DNA from: a virus
Length of the DNA stretch: 36,620 nt
Virus record (IMG/VR): IMGVR_UViG_3300045988_182864
Reading direction: 5' to 3' (one strand)
The notes beneath the pieces were generated by a model that was not told the DNA's origin, ran no database searches, and was given only the letters and a program-made list of their open reading frames with translations. Every line of letters starts with the position of its first letter. The stretch's first letter is position 1. Positions 8,551-15,966 of this stretch are shown here, piece by piece. Position numbers and translations under genes: made by a program.

Positions 8551-9228
8551 TTACAACGCATGAATATTTGATTTGCCGGGCGCATACATCAGCGGTTCGT
8601 CCGTTACTTTCAGAACGGTGCCGTCCCCTTGCCTGCACGCATACAGGATTGCTTTGAGCATCTCATAGGCAAGTTTGCTGTTGTAGGCAAGCCCTGCGTT
8701 GGAGATGCCGAAATTGCCATTCCAGCCAACCCGGAGTTTTCTCAGCTGCGGAATCAGAAGGTCACGGGCTTCCGCTATGCCGATGCCGCCCCAACGAGCG
8801 TCATGATACGCCTGCAGCTGCGGTTTGTTGTCGGTATCAGCTATATCGAGAACCTCATAGATGATGCTGAACTGTCCCATTAGGATTCTGGAATACGCAT
8901 CGAGGATGGCAGCAGCTTTTACCCAAGCACTTTCGTTCATGTCGATGCGCTTAGTATACGGGGTCTCCTTGTTCCCTGCCTCGATATCCGCTGCCGCGAG
9001 CGCAGTCTGATAGATTTCCCCTGCTGTGTTTTGCATGGTAGGCACGGGAGCAGTGACCTTAAAGTCGGTAAATATCATATACGCCTTTTCGATATCCGCA
9101 TCATTCACACCGTAGGCGTCCCCGACCTCTTTGCAGATAGAAGAAAAGTTGTTGCCGTAGAATGTCTGCATTACCTGCATAACATGCAAAAACAGCTGAT
9201 ACTGCTTTTCAGTCATTTCAAAAATCAT
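8551..9228 (-). CDS. hypothetical protein, 225 aa
   Basis: RBS aacggaggtgcgcc-ATG, directly downstream of the promoter at 9254-9282. Confidence 0.65.
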   Translation of the reverse strand: MIFEMTEKQYQLFLHVMQVMQTFYGNNFSSICKEVGDAYGVNDADIEKAYMIFTDFKVTAPVPTMQNTAGEIYQTALAAADIEAGNKETPYTKRIDMNESAWVKAAAILDAYSRILMGQFSIIYEVLDIADTDNKPQLQAYHDARWGGIGIAEARDLLIPQLRKLRVGWNGNFGISNAGLAYNSKLAYEMLKAILYACRQGDGTVLKVTDEPLMYAPGKSNIHAL

Positions 9229-9253
9229 GGCGCACCTCCGTTACTTTATTAGC

Positions 9254-9287
9254 ATTATACCACAAATGTGTATCCAGTACAACCATG
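9254..9287 (-). promoter_or_regulatory. Extended -10 promoter (TTGTAC-17-TGgTATAAT), family 2
   Basis: -10 at 9254-9259, TG at 9260-9262, -35 at 9277-9282. Shares the block catggttgtact...tgtggtataatgc with 19878-19927. Confidence 0.65.
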
Positions 9288-9317
9288 GACAGCGAATCGT
9301 AACAAATAAGACACAAA

Positions 9318-9366
9318 CAAAAAAGTGCCTCTAAAATTCTCGACTGAAATCGAAAATTTTAGAGGC
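9318..9366 (-). terminator. Rho-independent terminator closing the tRNA cluster
   Basis: gcctctaaaatt...aattttagaggc followed by acttttttg. Confidence 0.75.
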
Positions 9367-9368
9367 AG

Positions 9369-9456
9369 TGGCGCTCATGGAAGGATTCGAACCTTCGGGC
9401 AATTTCTCACCGGCGGTTTTCTGGACCGCTGCCATCGGCCACTCGGCCACATGAGC
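9369..9456 (-). tRNA. tRNA-Ser-like: type II tRNA, Ser-like, anticodon positions read AGA; anticodon loop CCAGAAA lacks U33
   Basis: Acceptor GCTCATG/CATGAGC, G73, encoded CCA, T-arm GAAGG-TTCGAAT-CCTTC, long variable arm, anticodon stem GCGGT/ACCGC. Confidence 0.7.
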
Positions 9457-9459
9457 ATA

Positions 9460-9550
9460 TGGCGCAGAGAGCGAGATTCGAACTCGCAAGCCGGGAATTG
9501 ACCCGATGACGGATTAGCAATCCGTTGCCCTACCGTTAGGCGACCTCTGC
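9460..9550 (-). tRNA. tRNA-Ser: tRNA-Ser(GCT), type II
   Basis: Acceptor GCAGAGG/TCTCTGC, G73, CCA, T-arm GCGAG-TTCGAAT-CTCGC, anticodon loop TTGCTAA. Confidence 0.9.
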
Positions 9551-9628
9551 AGATTTGCACCCGTTTTGTTAAACAATAAAGTTGACTACCGAACTCTAAA
9601 CTTTACTATCTCGTTGTGGGTGCTTGTA

Positions 9629-9702
9629 TGACCCCTGGCAGACTCGAACTGCCGACTCCAGCTTGAGAGGCTGGCGACTTGGACCAACTTGTCGAAGGGG
9701 CC
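9629..9702 (-). tRNA. tRNA-Glu: tRNA-Glu(CTC), no encoded CCA
   Basis: Acceptor GGCCCCT/AGGGGTC, T-arm GGCAG-TTCGAGT-CTGCC, anticodon arm CCAGC-CTCTCAA-GCTGG. Confidence 0.85.
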
Positions 9703-9705
9703 TTA

Positions 9706-9790
9706 TGGTGTGCCGGGTAGGATTCGAACCTACGAACTGTAACAGACCTGTTTTACAGACAGTTTGCTTTGACCGCTTGCATACCGGCAC
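9706..9790 (-). tRNA. tRNA-Tyr: tRNA-Tyr(GTA), type II
   Basis: Acceptor GTGCCGG/CCGGCAC, A73, CCA, T-arm GTAGG-TTCGAAT-CCTAC, anticodon loop CTGTAAA. Confidence 0.85.
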
Positions 9791-9813
9791 ATATAAGGAG
9801 GCATTAAGCCTCG

Positions 9814-9889
9814 TGGTGCTCCCGGCTGGAATCGAACCAGCGACACATAGGGCTTCAACCTACTGCTCTACCAACTGAGCTACAGAAGC
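9814..9889 (-). tRNA. tRNA-Phe: tRNA-Phe(GAA)
   Basis: GCTTCTGTAGCTCAGTTGGTAGAGC..., anticodon loop TTGAAGC, T-arm GCTGG-TTCGATT-CCAGC, ACCA end. Confidence 0.9.
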
Positions 9890-9892
9890 AGA

Positions 9893-9969
9893 TGGTGACC
9901 GAAATGGGGCTTGAACCCATACTCTCAAGCTTGAAGGGCTTGCGACTTAACCAATTCGTCTATTCGGCC
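9893..9969 (-). tRNA. tRNA-Glu: tRNA-Glu(TTC) with C33 (anticodon loop CCTTCAA)
   Basis: Acceptor GGCCGAA/TTCGGTC, A73, CCA, T-arm ATGGG-TTCAAGC-CCCAT, anticodon stem CAAGC/GCTTG. Confidence 0.75.
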
Positions 9970-9997
9970 ATATAGCCGCAATCCTGCGGCGAGTGGG

Positions 9998-10219
9998 TTA
10001 TGCGATGACGAGGATGTCATCGATTTTCGTATCGAGCATCGCGGCGAGAATTACAAGATTGTCGATGGTAGGAAGTGCTGTGCCTGCCTGCCATTTGGCT
10101 ACCGCCTGCGTGGATACACCGAGCGTATCCGCCACATCCTTGACCTTGATGCCTGCCGCCTTACGCAGTGCCTTAATATTGGCACCCGTCTGCACAATAT
10201 CGATAGTTGGAACATTCAT
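9998..10219 (-). CDS. XRE-family helix-turn-helix transcriptional regulator, 73 aa
   Basis: IKALRKAAGIKVKDVADTLGVSTQAVAKWQAGTALPTIDNLVILAAML is a canonical Cro/CI-type HTH. Start taken at MNVPTID. Confidence 0.8.
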   Translation of the reverse strand: MNVPTIDIVQTGANIKALRKAAGIKVKDVADTLGVSTQAVAKWQAGTALPTIDNLVILAAMLDTKIDDILVIA

Positions 10220-10309
10220 TTTCTTTCGCTGCCTTTCTGTATTGCAGGCAACAAAAAAACGCTGCCTGCCGAAATGAATCGACAAGCAGCGTTCGGAATG
10301 CAAATGCCG

Positions 10310-10450
10310 TCAGAAGACGCACCGCAGCCGTTCGAGGTCTGTTTTTGCCTGTCGATGGGTATAGGAAACAAAGCTGGATTCGTAGGACTCGAATTCAGAT
10401 TCATAACTATACTCAGCAAACGACATAGCATTAACAGTCTTGCACAGCAT
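10310..10450 (-). CDS. possible small protein, 46 aa (MLCKTVNAMSFAEYSYESEFESYESSFVSYTHRQAKTDLERLRCVF)
   Basis: My own translation. RBS gaaaggagacaaccgaag-ATG, about 28 nt downstream of the predicted TSS of the promoter at 10485-10512. Too short for the supplied ORF track. Confidence 0.4.
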   Translation of the reverse strand: MLCKTVNAMSFAEYSYESEFESYESSFVSYTHRQAKTDLERLRCVF

Positions 10451-10484
10451 CTTCGGTTGTCTCCTTTCGTTTCGTTCTGTTTAC

Positions 10485-10512
10485 ATTATACCACTTTTGT
10501 GGTTCTGGTCAA
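10485..10512 (-). promoter_or_regulatory. Strong sigma70-type promoter TTGACC-16-TGgTATAAT
   Basis: -10 at 10485-10490, TG at 10491-10493, -35 at 10507-10512. Upstream of the small ORF, the XRE gene and the six-tRNA cluster. Confidence 0.65.
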
Positions 10513-10593
10513 TCAACTTGTGGTTGATGTTTATTCGCAGTAACCAGCACCTTCGTGGAAAACGCGGTTTGCGCCGAGTTCGTGCTTGCTCAT

Positions 10594-10971
10594 TTACACA
10601 TACTCTCCTTCCGGAAGTTTGTCTGCATCTGACAGTTCATCGACAGTCAGTTCCCTCAATGTTCCTTGGTCTGTATCCAAGCCGATGGTATATATATACA
10701 CTACACGGCTATCCCGGAATACTTCGGCCGGGGTCTTGCTTTTACTGACGATTTGTTCGATTTGCTGCTCTGTTGCCGGATACAGGACCCAACGCTCTTC
10801 GCTTCGCACTTCTGTGCAGTTACAGAAATACAATTTTTCGTCCTCATCCTTGCATACGCAGAGCAGCGAAATGCCGTCATAACTCCAGAACACTTTATCG
10901 ACAATAAGTTCTTTCCCGAACAAATCCTTAAAATTCAGTCCCTCAAACAAGGGCTCTCCGTGTAAACTCAT
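10594..10971 (-). CDS. hypothetical protein, 125 aa
   Basis: RBS aaaacaggagcggat-ATG. Confidence 0.65.
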   Translation of the reverse strand: MSLHGEPLFEGLNFKDLFGKELIVDKVFWSYDGISLLCVCKDEDEKLYFCNCTEVRSEERWVLYPATEQQIEQIVSKSKTPAEVFRDSRVVYIYTIGLDTDQGTLRELTVDELSDADKLPEGEYV

Positions 10972-11108
10972 ATCCGCTCCTGTTTTACTTCTTCATGCCG
11001 GAACCAACTTATGGTTGAGATTTTTTGGGTTTATCTGCGCCAAAGACGCGAGGATTTGAGGAAGTGAACCTATTGGTGTGCGCTTTTTATTCTTGTGCTT
11101 GCCCATGC

Positions 11109-12077
11109 CTAGTCCTTCTCAAGAAAATGTTCCCACTGTGTTCTTTTGATTTGCTTGCCGCCAAAGGAGTAGTGCTTATCATAATAATCCGACATTTCTG
11201 CGGCATACTTGGCAGCGTCAACTGCGTTGGAAAACACCGTTTTGCCAATACTCTTTAATGCAACCCAGTGGACAGTGATGTTACCATCCACATCCACACC
11301 GACGCAATGCGCATCGACATAGTCATTGTTGGTCATCTCCATTTCATTGAGCTTTTTGAGCCATTTCGTTTTGACGATGTGTTCCAAGTAATCCGCATTA
11401 TATTTGGGATTCGATGAAATCACAGAGAACGGTCTACCAAGCTCTTTCTCTCTCAATTCTTCCGTCTCCCGCATTTTTTCGAGCATATACCGGAAATTTT
11501 CGGGGTAGTATTTATACAGATATGCGAAATTCAAATACGAAGACATGGGGCAATACATACAACCGCAGCGCTTGTTTGTTTTGTAGTAGTTGTTGAAAAT
11601 CGGCTGTGTCTTTGCCCATTCCAAAATCACATCCTCGTTAATGCCGTTTTCTGCGAGAGGGTATATCTCTAACTTTTTGGAACTCAACCGCTTGTTAAAA
11701 CGGTGTTCTTCATCGGCGCAATAGCCTATGTAATGCACTACATAAAAACCGACTTCGTTCAGCCATTCGGATAGTTGCCGCTTTGCATCAAGTTTATAGT
11801 GACCGTTACACCATCTTACTTTTCTTGTTGGGAAACCGCATTTATCATACAATTCTTCCCACGTTTTCCTCGGCTTGATTCGCACAAATTGGATGCCAGC
11901 TCGCTTGCACTCCGTTTCCATATAGTCGATAACGTTATGTATAAACGGGTAGTCGATTTCGAGTTCAAAGTGAACCACGCCGTCAAGCGGGTATCTGTCC
12001 AGATTGTGCAGTATGTAATTGAGCATATACAGGCTATCTTTTCCGCCAGATACGCTTGCCCAGTATGATGGGCGCAA
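11109..12077 (-). CDS. PAPS reductase / PP-loop ATP pyrophosphatase family protein, 322 aa (start codon uncertain)
   Basis: SVSGGKDS PP-loop (SGGxDS) near the N-terminus. Cys pairs CGCMYCP. The TTG at 12077 has no RBS. The frame is open back to 12110, with GGAGG 9 nt before an ATA codon at 12104. Confidence 0.7.
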   Translation of the reverse strand: MRPSYWASVSGGKDSLYMLNYILHNLDRYPLDGVVHFELEIDYPFIHNVIDYMETECKRAGIQFVRIKPRKTWEELYDKCGFPTRKVRWCNGHYKLDAKRQLSEWLNEVGFYVVHYIGYCADEEHRFNKRLSSKKLEIYPLAENGINEDVILEWAKTQPIFNNYYKTNKRCGCMYCPMSSYLNFAYLYKYYPENFRYMLEKMRETEELREKELGRPFSVISSNPKYNADYLEHIVKTKWLKKLNEMEMTNNDYVDAHCVGVDVDGNITVHWVALKSIGKTVFSNAVDAAKYAAEMSDYYDKHYSFGGKQIKRTQWEHFLEKD

Positions 12078-12217
12078 TGCAATTGCTTTGTCTGAGTCAG
12101 TTATTGTCGGTTACCTCCGTTCTGTGATTCCACAACCCAATCGCGTCCTGTTCGTTTTTATGAGGGGTATTTATTATTTTTGGTTGGATTTCTTACAAAA
12201 ATTGGCGGTCTACTAAT

Positions 12218-13756
12218 TTATGTAAATACAATCCCTTCGTTTTTGGCAACAAACTTACATTTACCAGATGAATACGAGTTGCCGTTTGTGTCGTAATATC
12301 CATCTGCCTGACCGTTGTGCGAGCTACTGGTTCCTTGCATCACATGAGTATGCTTGCCAACAAGAAACACACAGCCGGGAAAGTTGCGTTTTGGATTTCG
12401 ATATTCCGGATGATGCTCTTTTACCTTGAGTTTGTAAACGTCATCGGGATGGTTTTGACGAAACTCTTCCAAGCTGTCGGTGGTCTGTTTAATGGCTTTA
12501 TGTCGATTTGTAGCAACTGCCTTATCATTAAGCGTATACACACGGCTCATATTTGCTTTATGCAGTGCTCTTCTATCATGACGGCGGAACTGTTTAAGTT
12601 CATACGGCACACGATTGTTGATGCCGCTATCGCAAACATCATTTGGTAAAACAGAACAAGCGATACAATAAGCATCGAGCCAATGGTCTTTGCTTACACC
12701 GTGCGCTGCACGGTAATCGTAGGTGCTCTTTCCCGTTGTTACGAAAAAGTGCTTTGGAAAAAGAGTGTTTAATCTTTCCGTTAACGCGGGAATGATTTGA
12801 TTTAGCACACTTTGCGCACCGTATTTTTTATTGAGTCCGGTTTTCTTTTTGGCAAGCTTCTTTTGCCATGTAGTATCTTTATGCACAAGGTCGTGGTGTT
12901 TTGTGCATAAGCCAACGATGTTATCAATGGTGTTGCTGCCGTTTTCGGATTGCGGTACTACATGATGATAATGGGCGATAGGCTTCTTGCAAAACAAGCA
13001 ATGGCGTTCCTGCATTTCAGAGACAGCTTCTTCAAGGCTTGCTTTTTGATAGAGCGGGCCTTGCTGATATTGCCATTTCTGAACATTGGGATTATCCAGC
13101 CGCATAAACGCAAATTTATTGACTTCCAACACAACATCACTGATAGGAAGAAACTTCCGAATCTTCTTTACCAAGTTAATGTGTGTCTGCAACAACTGAT
13201 TTGCGGTGGGCGTAAGCCAGCCTTCCGGTCTTGTGCGATTGCTAAACTTTGCTTCTTTGTTCTTGATGCCGATACAAAGGACTTCTTTCTCGCAACCCGG
13301 AAGATGGCGCTTGATGACACCAATCTCCTTTGCACGCTTGCTGACGCTGCCATTTTGAGCTGTGGCTTGCTTTACGCATTTCTTGGAAATGGTGTCATTG
13401 GCTTTAGCTCTACGTTGACGGCGGCAGCGTCTGCCGTTGGTGCGTCTTGCGCGGCGAGAGTCTTTGCGCTTTTTCATCAACTTGGGAATTTCCTTATTGC
13501 GAGTTTCCAGATGTGCAGTAAAGACTGCCGTGCCGTCCGTTTTAACAACAGCAACGCCGATATTGGTTCTGCCGGGGTCGATGCCTAAGTAAAGCGGCTG
13601 CACTACATCGTTGGTTTCATACAACAGTTGAATGGTAAATGGTTTTGATGCTACGACTCGCGCTTTCTTCTCTTTCAGAAGGTAGCGGATATGACCACAG
13701 CGAGTCGTAGGCATTAAAGGTTTACCGTTTTTATTAAGCACATACACAGTGGACAT
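12218..13756 (-). CDS. iscB: IscB (OMEGA system RNA-guided nuclease: PLMP, split RuvC, Arg-rich bridge helix and HNH), 512 aa
   Basis: VYVLNKNGKPLMP (PLMP domain). LGIDPGRTNIG (RuvC-I). RRARRTNGRRCRRQRRA (bridge helix). VVLEVNKF (RuvC-II). CLFCKKPIAHYHHVVPQSENGSNTIDNIVGLCTKHHDLVH (HNH). KDHWLDAYC (RuvC-III). True start MSTVYV with RBS aaaggaggtggcgtat-ATG. Confidence 0.85.
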   Translation of the reverse strand: MSTVYVLNKNGKPLMPTTRCGHIRYLLKEKKARVVASKPFTIQLLYETNDVVQPLYLGIDPGRTNIGVAVVKTDGTAVFTAHLETRNKEIPKLMKKRKDSRRARRTNGRRCRRQRRAKANDTISKKCVKQATAQNGSVSKRAKEIGVIKRHLPGCEKEVLCIGIKNKEAKFSNRTRPEGWLTPTANQLLQTHINLVKKIRKFLPISDVVLEVNKFAFMRLDNPNVQKWQYQQGPLYQKASLEEAVSEMQERHCLFCKKPIAHYHHVVPQSENGSNTIDNIVGLCTKHHDLVHKDTTWQKKLAKKKTGLNKKYGAQSVLNQIIPALTERLNTLFPKHFFVTTGKSTYDYRAAHGVSKDHWLDAYCIACSVLPNDVCDSGINNRVPYELKQFRRHDRRALHKANMSRVYTLNDKAVATNRHKAIKQTTDSLEEFRQNHPDDVYKLKVKEHHPEYRNPKRNFPGCVFLVGKHTHVMQGTSSSHNGQADGYYDTNGNSYSSGKCKFVAKNEGIVFT

Positions 13757-13977
13757 ATACGCCACCTCCTTTATGATAAGTCTCCCCTGCCGAAGCAGGA
13801 GGTTGTGTTTCCCTTGGCTGGGTGTTTGCTGCAAGTGACATTACACGAGGCAATACCACTCTTGCGGAGCTATCAACTGGGAAAATCGATAGGCGCAACA
13901 AACATCCATGTGCCTGTGATACTTATGAAATTAAGTGATTTTATTCAAACCACCAAATTTCGTAAATACCCATTTTC
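13757..13977 (-). ncRNA. candidate omegaRNA (HEARO-type) of IscB; 5' boundary and guide not resolved
   Basis: A 221-nt non-coding gap sits directly 5' of iscB on the same strand. Stems include CCUCCUGC-UUCG-GCAGGGG (7 bp with a UUCG tetraloop, 13780-13801) and CUAUCGA...UUGAUAG (7 bp). The position matches the known omegaRNA location. Confidence 0.55.
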
Positions 13978-14445
13978 TTAGATGTGTGGGAACACCTCAT
14001 ACACACTCACATACAGCATTCCCGGCTTGTAGTCAGCATACTCTACCGAACGCTTCTGGTCGTATACCTTCACATCCGAACCATCATCTGCCGTAAGCCA
14101 GAGATATTTGACATGCTCAGCATAGCGAGGGTCTTTTGCGCGATACATTTGCCCTTCTTTGATTTTGAGGCGGCGCATACAGGCTTGGACGCGGGAAAAC
14201 TCAACAAATGCACCATAGTCACCAATCACGATACGGTTGTACCCGTTGGTAATGACTGTGCCATTAGCGGTTTCGAGCGAAATCGTATCGCCGGAAACAT
14301 TGCACCATTCCGGCAATGCTTTCTGAAACTCGGCTCGCACATCGCAGAAAAAGGTGCGCTGGATAGGCTTGTATCCATAATCTCGGGCAAGTTGCTCTTG
14401 ATATTTGAGCATCTGAGCGCCGACTTCTGAAATTCTATGCTTCAT
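13978..14445 (-). CDS. hypothetical protein, 155 aa
   Basis: RBS gtcaggagtaatcg-ATG. Confidence 0.65.
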   Translation of the reverse strand: MKHRISEVGAQMLKYQEQLARDYGYKPIQRTFFCDVRAEFQKALPEWCNVSGDTISLETANGTVITNGYNRIVIGDYGAFVEFSRVQACMRRLKIKEGQMYRAKDPRYAEHVKYLWLTADDGSDVKVYDQKRSVEYADYKPGMLYVSVYEVFPHI

Positions 14446-14448
14446 CGA

Positions 14449-15129
14449 TTACTCCTGACTCAGCATCTGCGCAGAAGCAACTTCCCGAATATTGCGATTC
14501 TCTTTTTCGGGAGCCGACACAATGCGGCGATGAGAGCGCATCAGCGTCAATACGCGGTTACGGAGCTTTTCGTCCTTGATAAGCCGAGCAACCTGTTTGA
14601 TTTCCGATTCACGCAGATACATTGTACTGTTGATGAGAACGCCATGTACTTCGCCGTCTTCGGAACTTTTCTCAACCTTATCGACATTGTTATAGGCATA
14701 GATGACATCTACGTCGATGGTGATGGACGCTCTCTCAAGAAGTTCAATTCCTCCTTGGGCTACCAGCCACTTGTGTGTGTAGCTTTCGTCAGAAATGTAT
14801 GTTTCGCCAATGAGTTCCAGCGGCGGCGACACAAGGCTGTTCGTGGAATAACGGATATGGTCTTCGCTTTCGTTGAGATTATCCTGCCAAAGGCGCATCG
14901 GCTTGAGGCTCTTGTCCTTGAAGTGAATGTAGGTGTCCTGAATGAATGTGCAGATGGTCCGCTTAATATAGTCGATTTCCGGCATCTCTTCTACATTGCG
15001 GAAAACAAAGCGCGTAGACTCGCCCTCGCCGTACTCTTCGTCGTCCGTCACATAGCGGACTTTCTCCAACACAAACTTGGGTTTTAATGCCTCTTTAACG
15101 GCTTCGAGAGAAAACACATTCCACTTCAT
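14449..15129 (-). CDS. hypothetical protein, 226 aa (start MKWNVF)
   Basis: TGATG stop/start overlap with the upstream gene, with ggagag upstream. Confidence 0.65.
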   Translation of the reverse strand: MKWNVFSLEAVKEALKPKFVLEKVRYVTDDEEYGEGESTRFVFRNVEEMPEIDYIKRTICTFIQDTYIHFKDKSLKPMRLWQDNLNESEDHIRYSTNSLVSPPLELIGETYISDESYTHKWLVAQGGIELLERASITIDVDVIYAYNNVDKVEKSSEDGEVHGVLINSTMYLRESEIKQVARLIKDEKLRNRVLTLMRSHRRIVSAPEKENRNIREVASAQMLSQE

Positions 15130-15560
15130 CAAATAACTCTCCATTCTTTTACCAACTGGTCGTATTCAGCAATTTCCCGTTTTACGGTTTTTCCGTCTTT
15201 TTTATATAAGGTGATTCGCTGTGCATAGTTTGCGGCGTGTTTTTGCAGTCGCTGCAACGCGTCTTCTTCTGAGTTTGCTTTTGTAATTCCGCGATAGGAA
15301 CCACCAGAGCCTAAGATTTCGGGTTCGTACCAACCCGTTTCATAGTATACAGTCTGCTCGCCTGCTTCATCCAGAACGACTTTTCCCTGCTCGCCATAGT
15401 CACCGGTATAGTTACTGCGGATGATGTTAGCGGCACGGTCATTTCCCTGCTCCTCATAGGCTTCGGCAATGAACTCGACATAAGCCCTGAATTTTTCCTC
15501 GTCACCTTCACGATGCGCGGCGATGAGTTTTCCGATGGTCACAGCGTTTATGATGTTCAT
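15129..15560 (-). CDS. hypothetical protein, 143 aa (start MNIINAV)
   Basis: RBS ataggagtgtgtcc-ATG. Confidence 0.65.
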   Translation of the reverse strand: MNIINAVTIGKLIAAHREGDEEKFRAYVEFIAEAYEEQGNDRAANIIRSNYTGDYGEQGKVVLDEAGEQTVYYETGWYEPEILGSGGSYRGITKANSEEDALQRLQKHAANYAQRITLYKKDGKTVKREIAEYDQLVKEWRVI

Positions 15561-15594
15561 GGACACACTCCTATAAAACCGATTTTAAAATTTT

Positions 15595-15672
15595 TGGTAC
15601 TCCAGCCGGGAGTCGAACCCGGAGAAAAACGGGGTTTGAAGCCGCCGCGTATGCCAATTCCGCCACTGGAGC
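15595..15672 (-). tRNA. tRNA-Leu-like: Leu-like tRNA, anticodon CAA, but with a short (about 6 nt) variable region instead of the type II long arm
   Basis: Acceptor GCTCCAG/CTGGAGT, A73, CCA. D region GTGGCGGAATTGGCATACGCG is nearly identical to bacterial tRNA-Leu. Loop TTCAAAC. The anticodon stem has only 4 clean pairs. T-arm CCGGG-TTCGACT-CCCGG. Confidence 0.7.
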
Positions 15673-15759
15673 ATGGTATGTCGCCCACGAAAACAGACGA
15701 CAGTTGCATGGCTTGATTTTGCAGCGAATATCACATTTTATCGCTGTTTTTATGATTGT

Positions 15760-15811
15760 ATTATACCATATTCTGATGCAGATTTGTAGCGAGTACAAGT
15801 ATGATTTACAA
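15760..15811 (-). promoter_or_regulatory. Extended -10 promoter (TGgTATAAT) with conserved upstream block, family 2
   Basis: -10 at 15760-15765 and TG at 15766-15768. The upstream block ttgtaaatcatacttgtac is shared with 23114-23165. Confidence 0.55.
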
Positions 15812-15966
15812 ACAATTAACATCTGAGCGAGTCGCATTTTGTGCGCTTGCTTGTCGTATTTGTCTGGCGCGAATCAGCGCTGAATCTTCCTCGTCAGAAA
15901 ACAGTCAAAAACAACAGCAACACAAACGCGAGTCTTTGCAAGTTTCTAAAATGGCGTTTTCTTGGC

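Noticed and set aside
9582-9609. Plus-strand TTGACT-16-TACTAT promoter-like sequence between two tRNAs
   Set aside because: There is no plus-strand gene or RNA downstream. It is probably a chance match in AT-rich spacer.
13757-13834. The longer IscB start at 13834 given by the ORF track (MQQTPSQGKHNLLLRQGRLIIKEVAY...)
   Set aside because: It has no RBS and runs through the UUCG-capped helix of the putative omegaRNA. The ATG at 13756 has a perfect AAGGAGGTG RBS and begins the canonical PLMP domain.
15595-15672. Reading the anticodon loop as CTTCAAA (anticodon TCA, UGA suppressor/recoding tRNA)
   Set aside because: That register leaves two mismatches in the anticodon stem, whereas the CAA register has one. 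TGA is also the commonest stop codon of well-delimited genes here, so recoding is unlikely.
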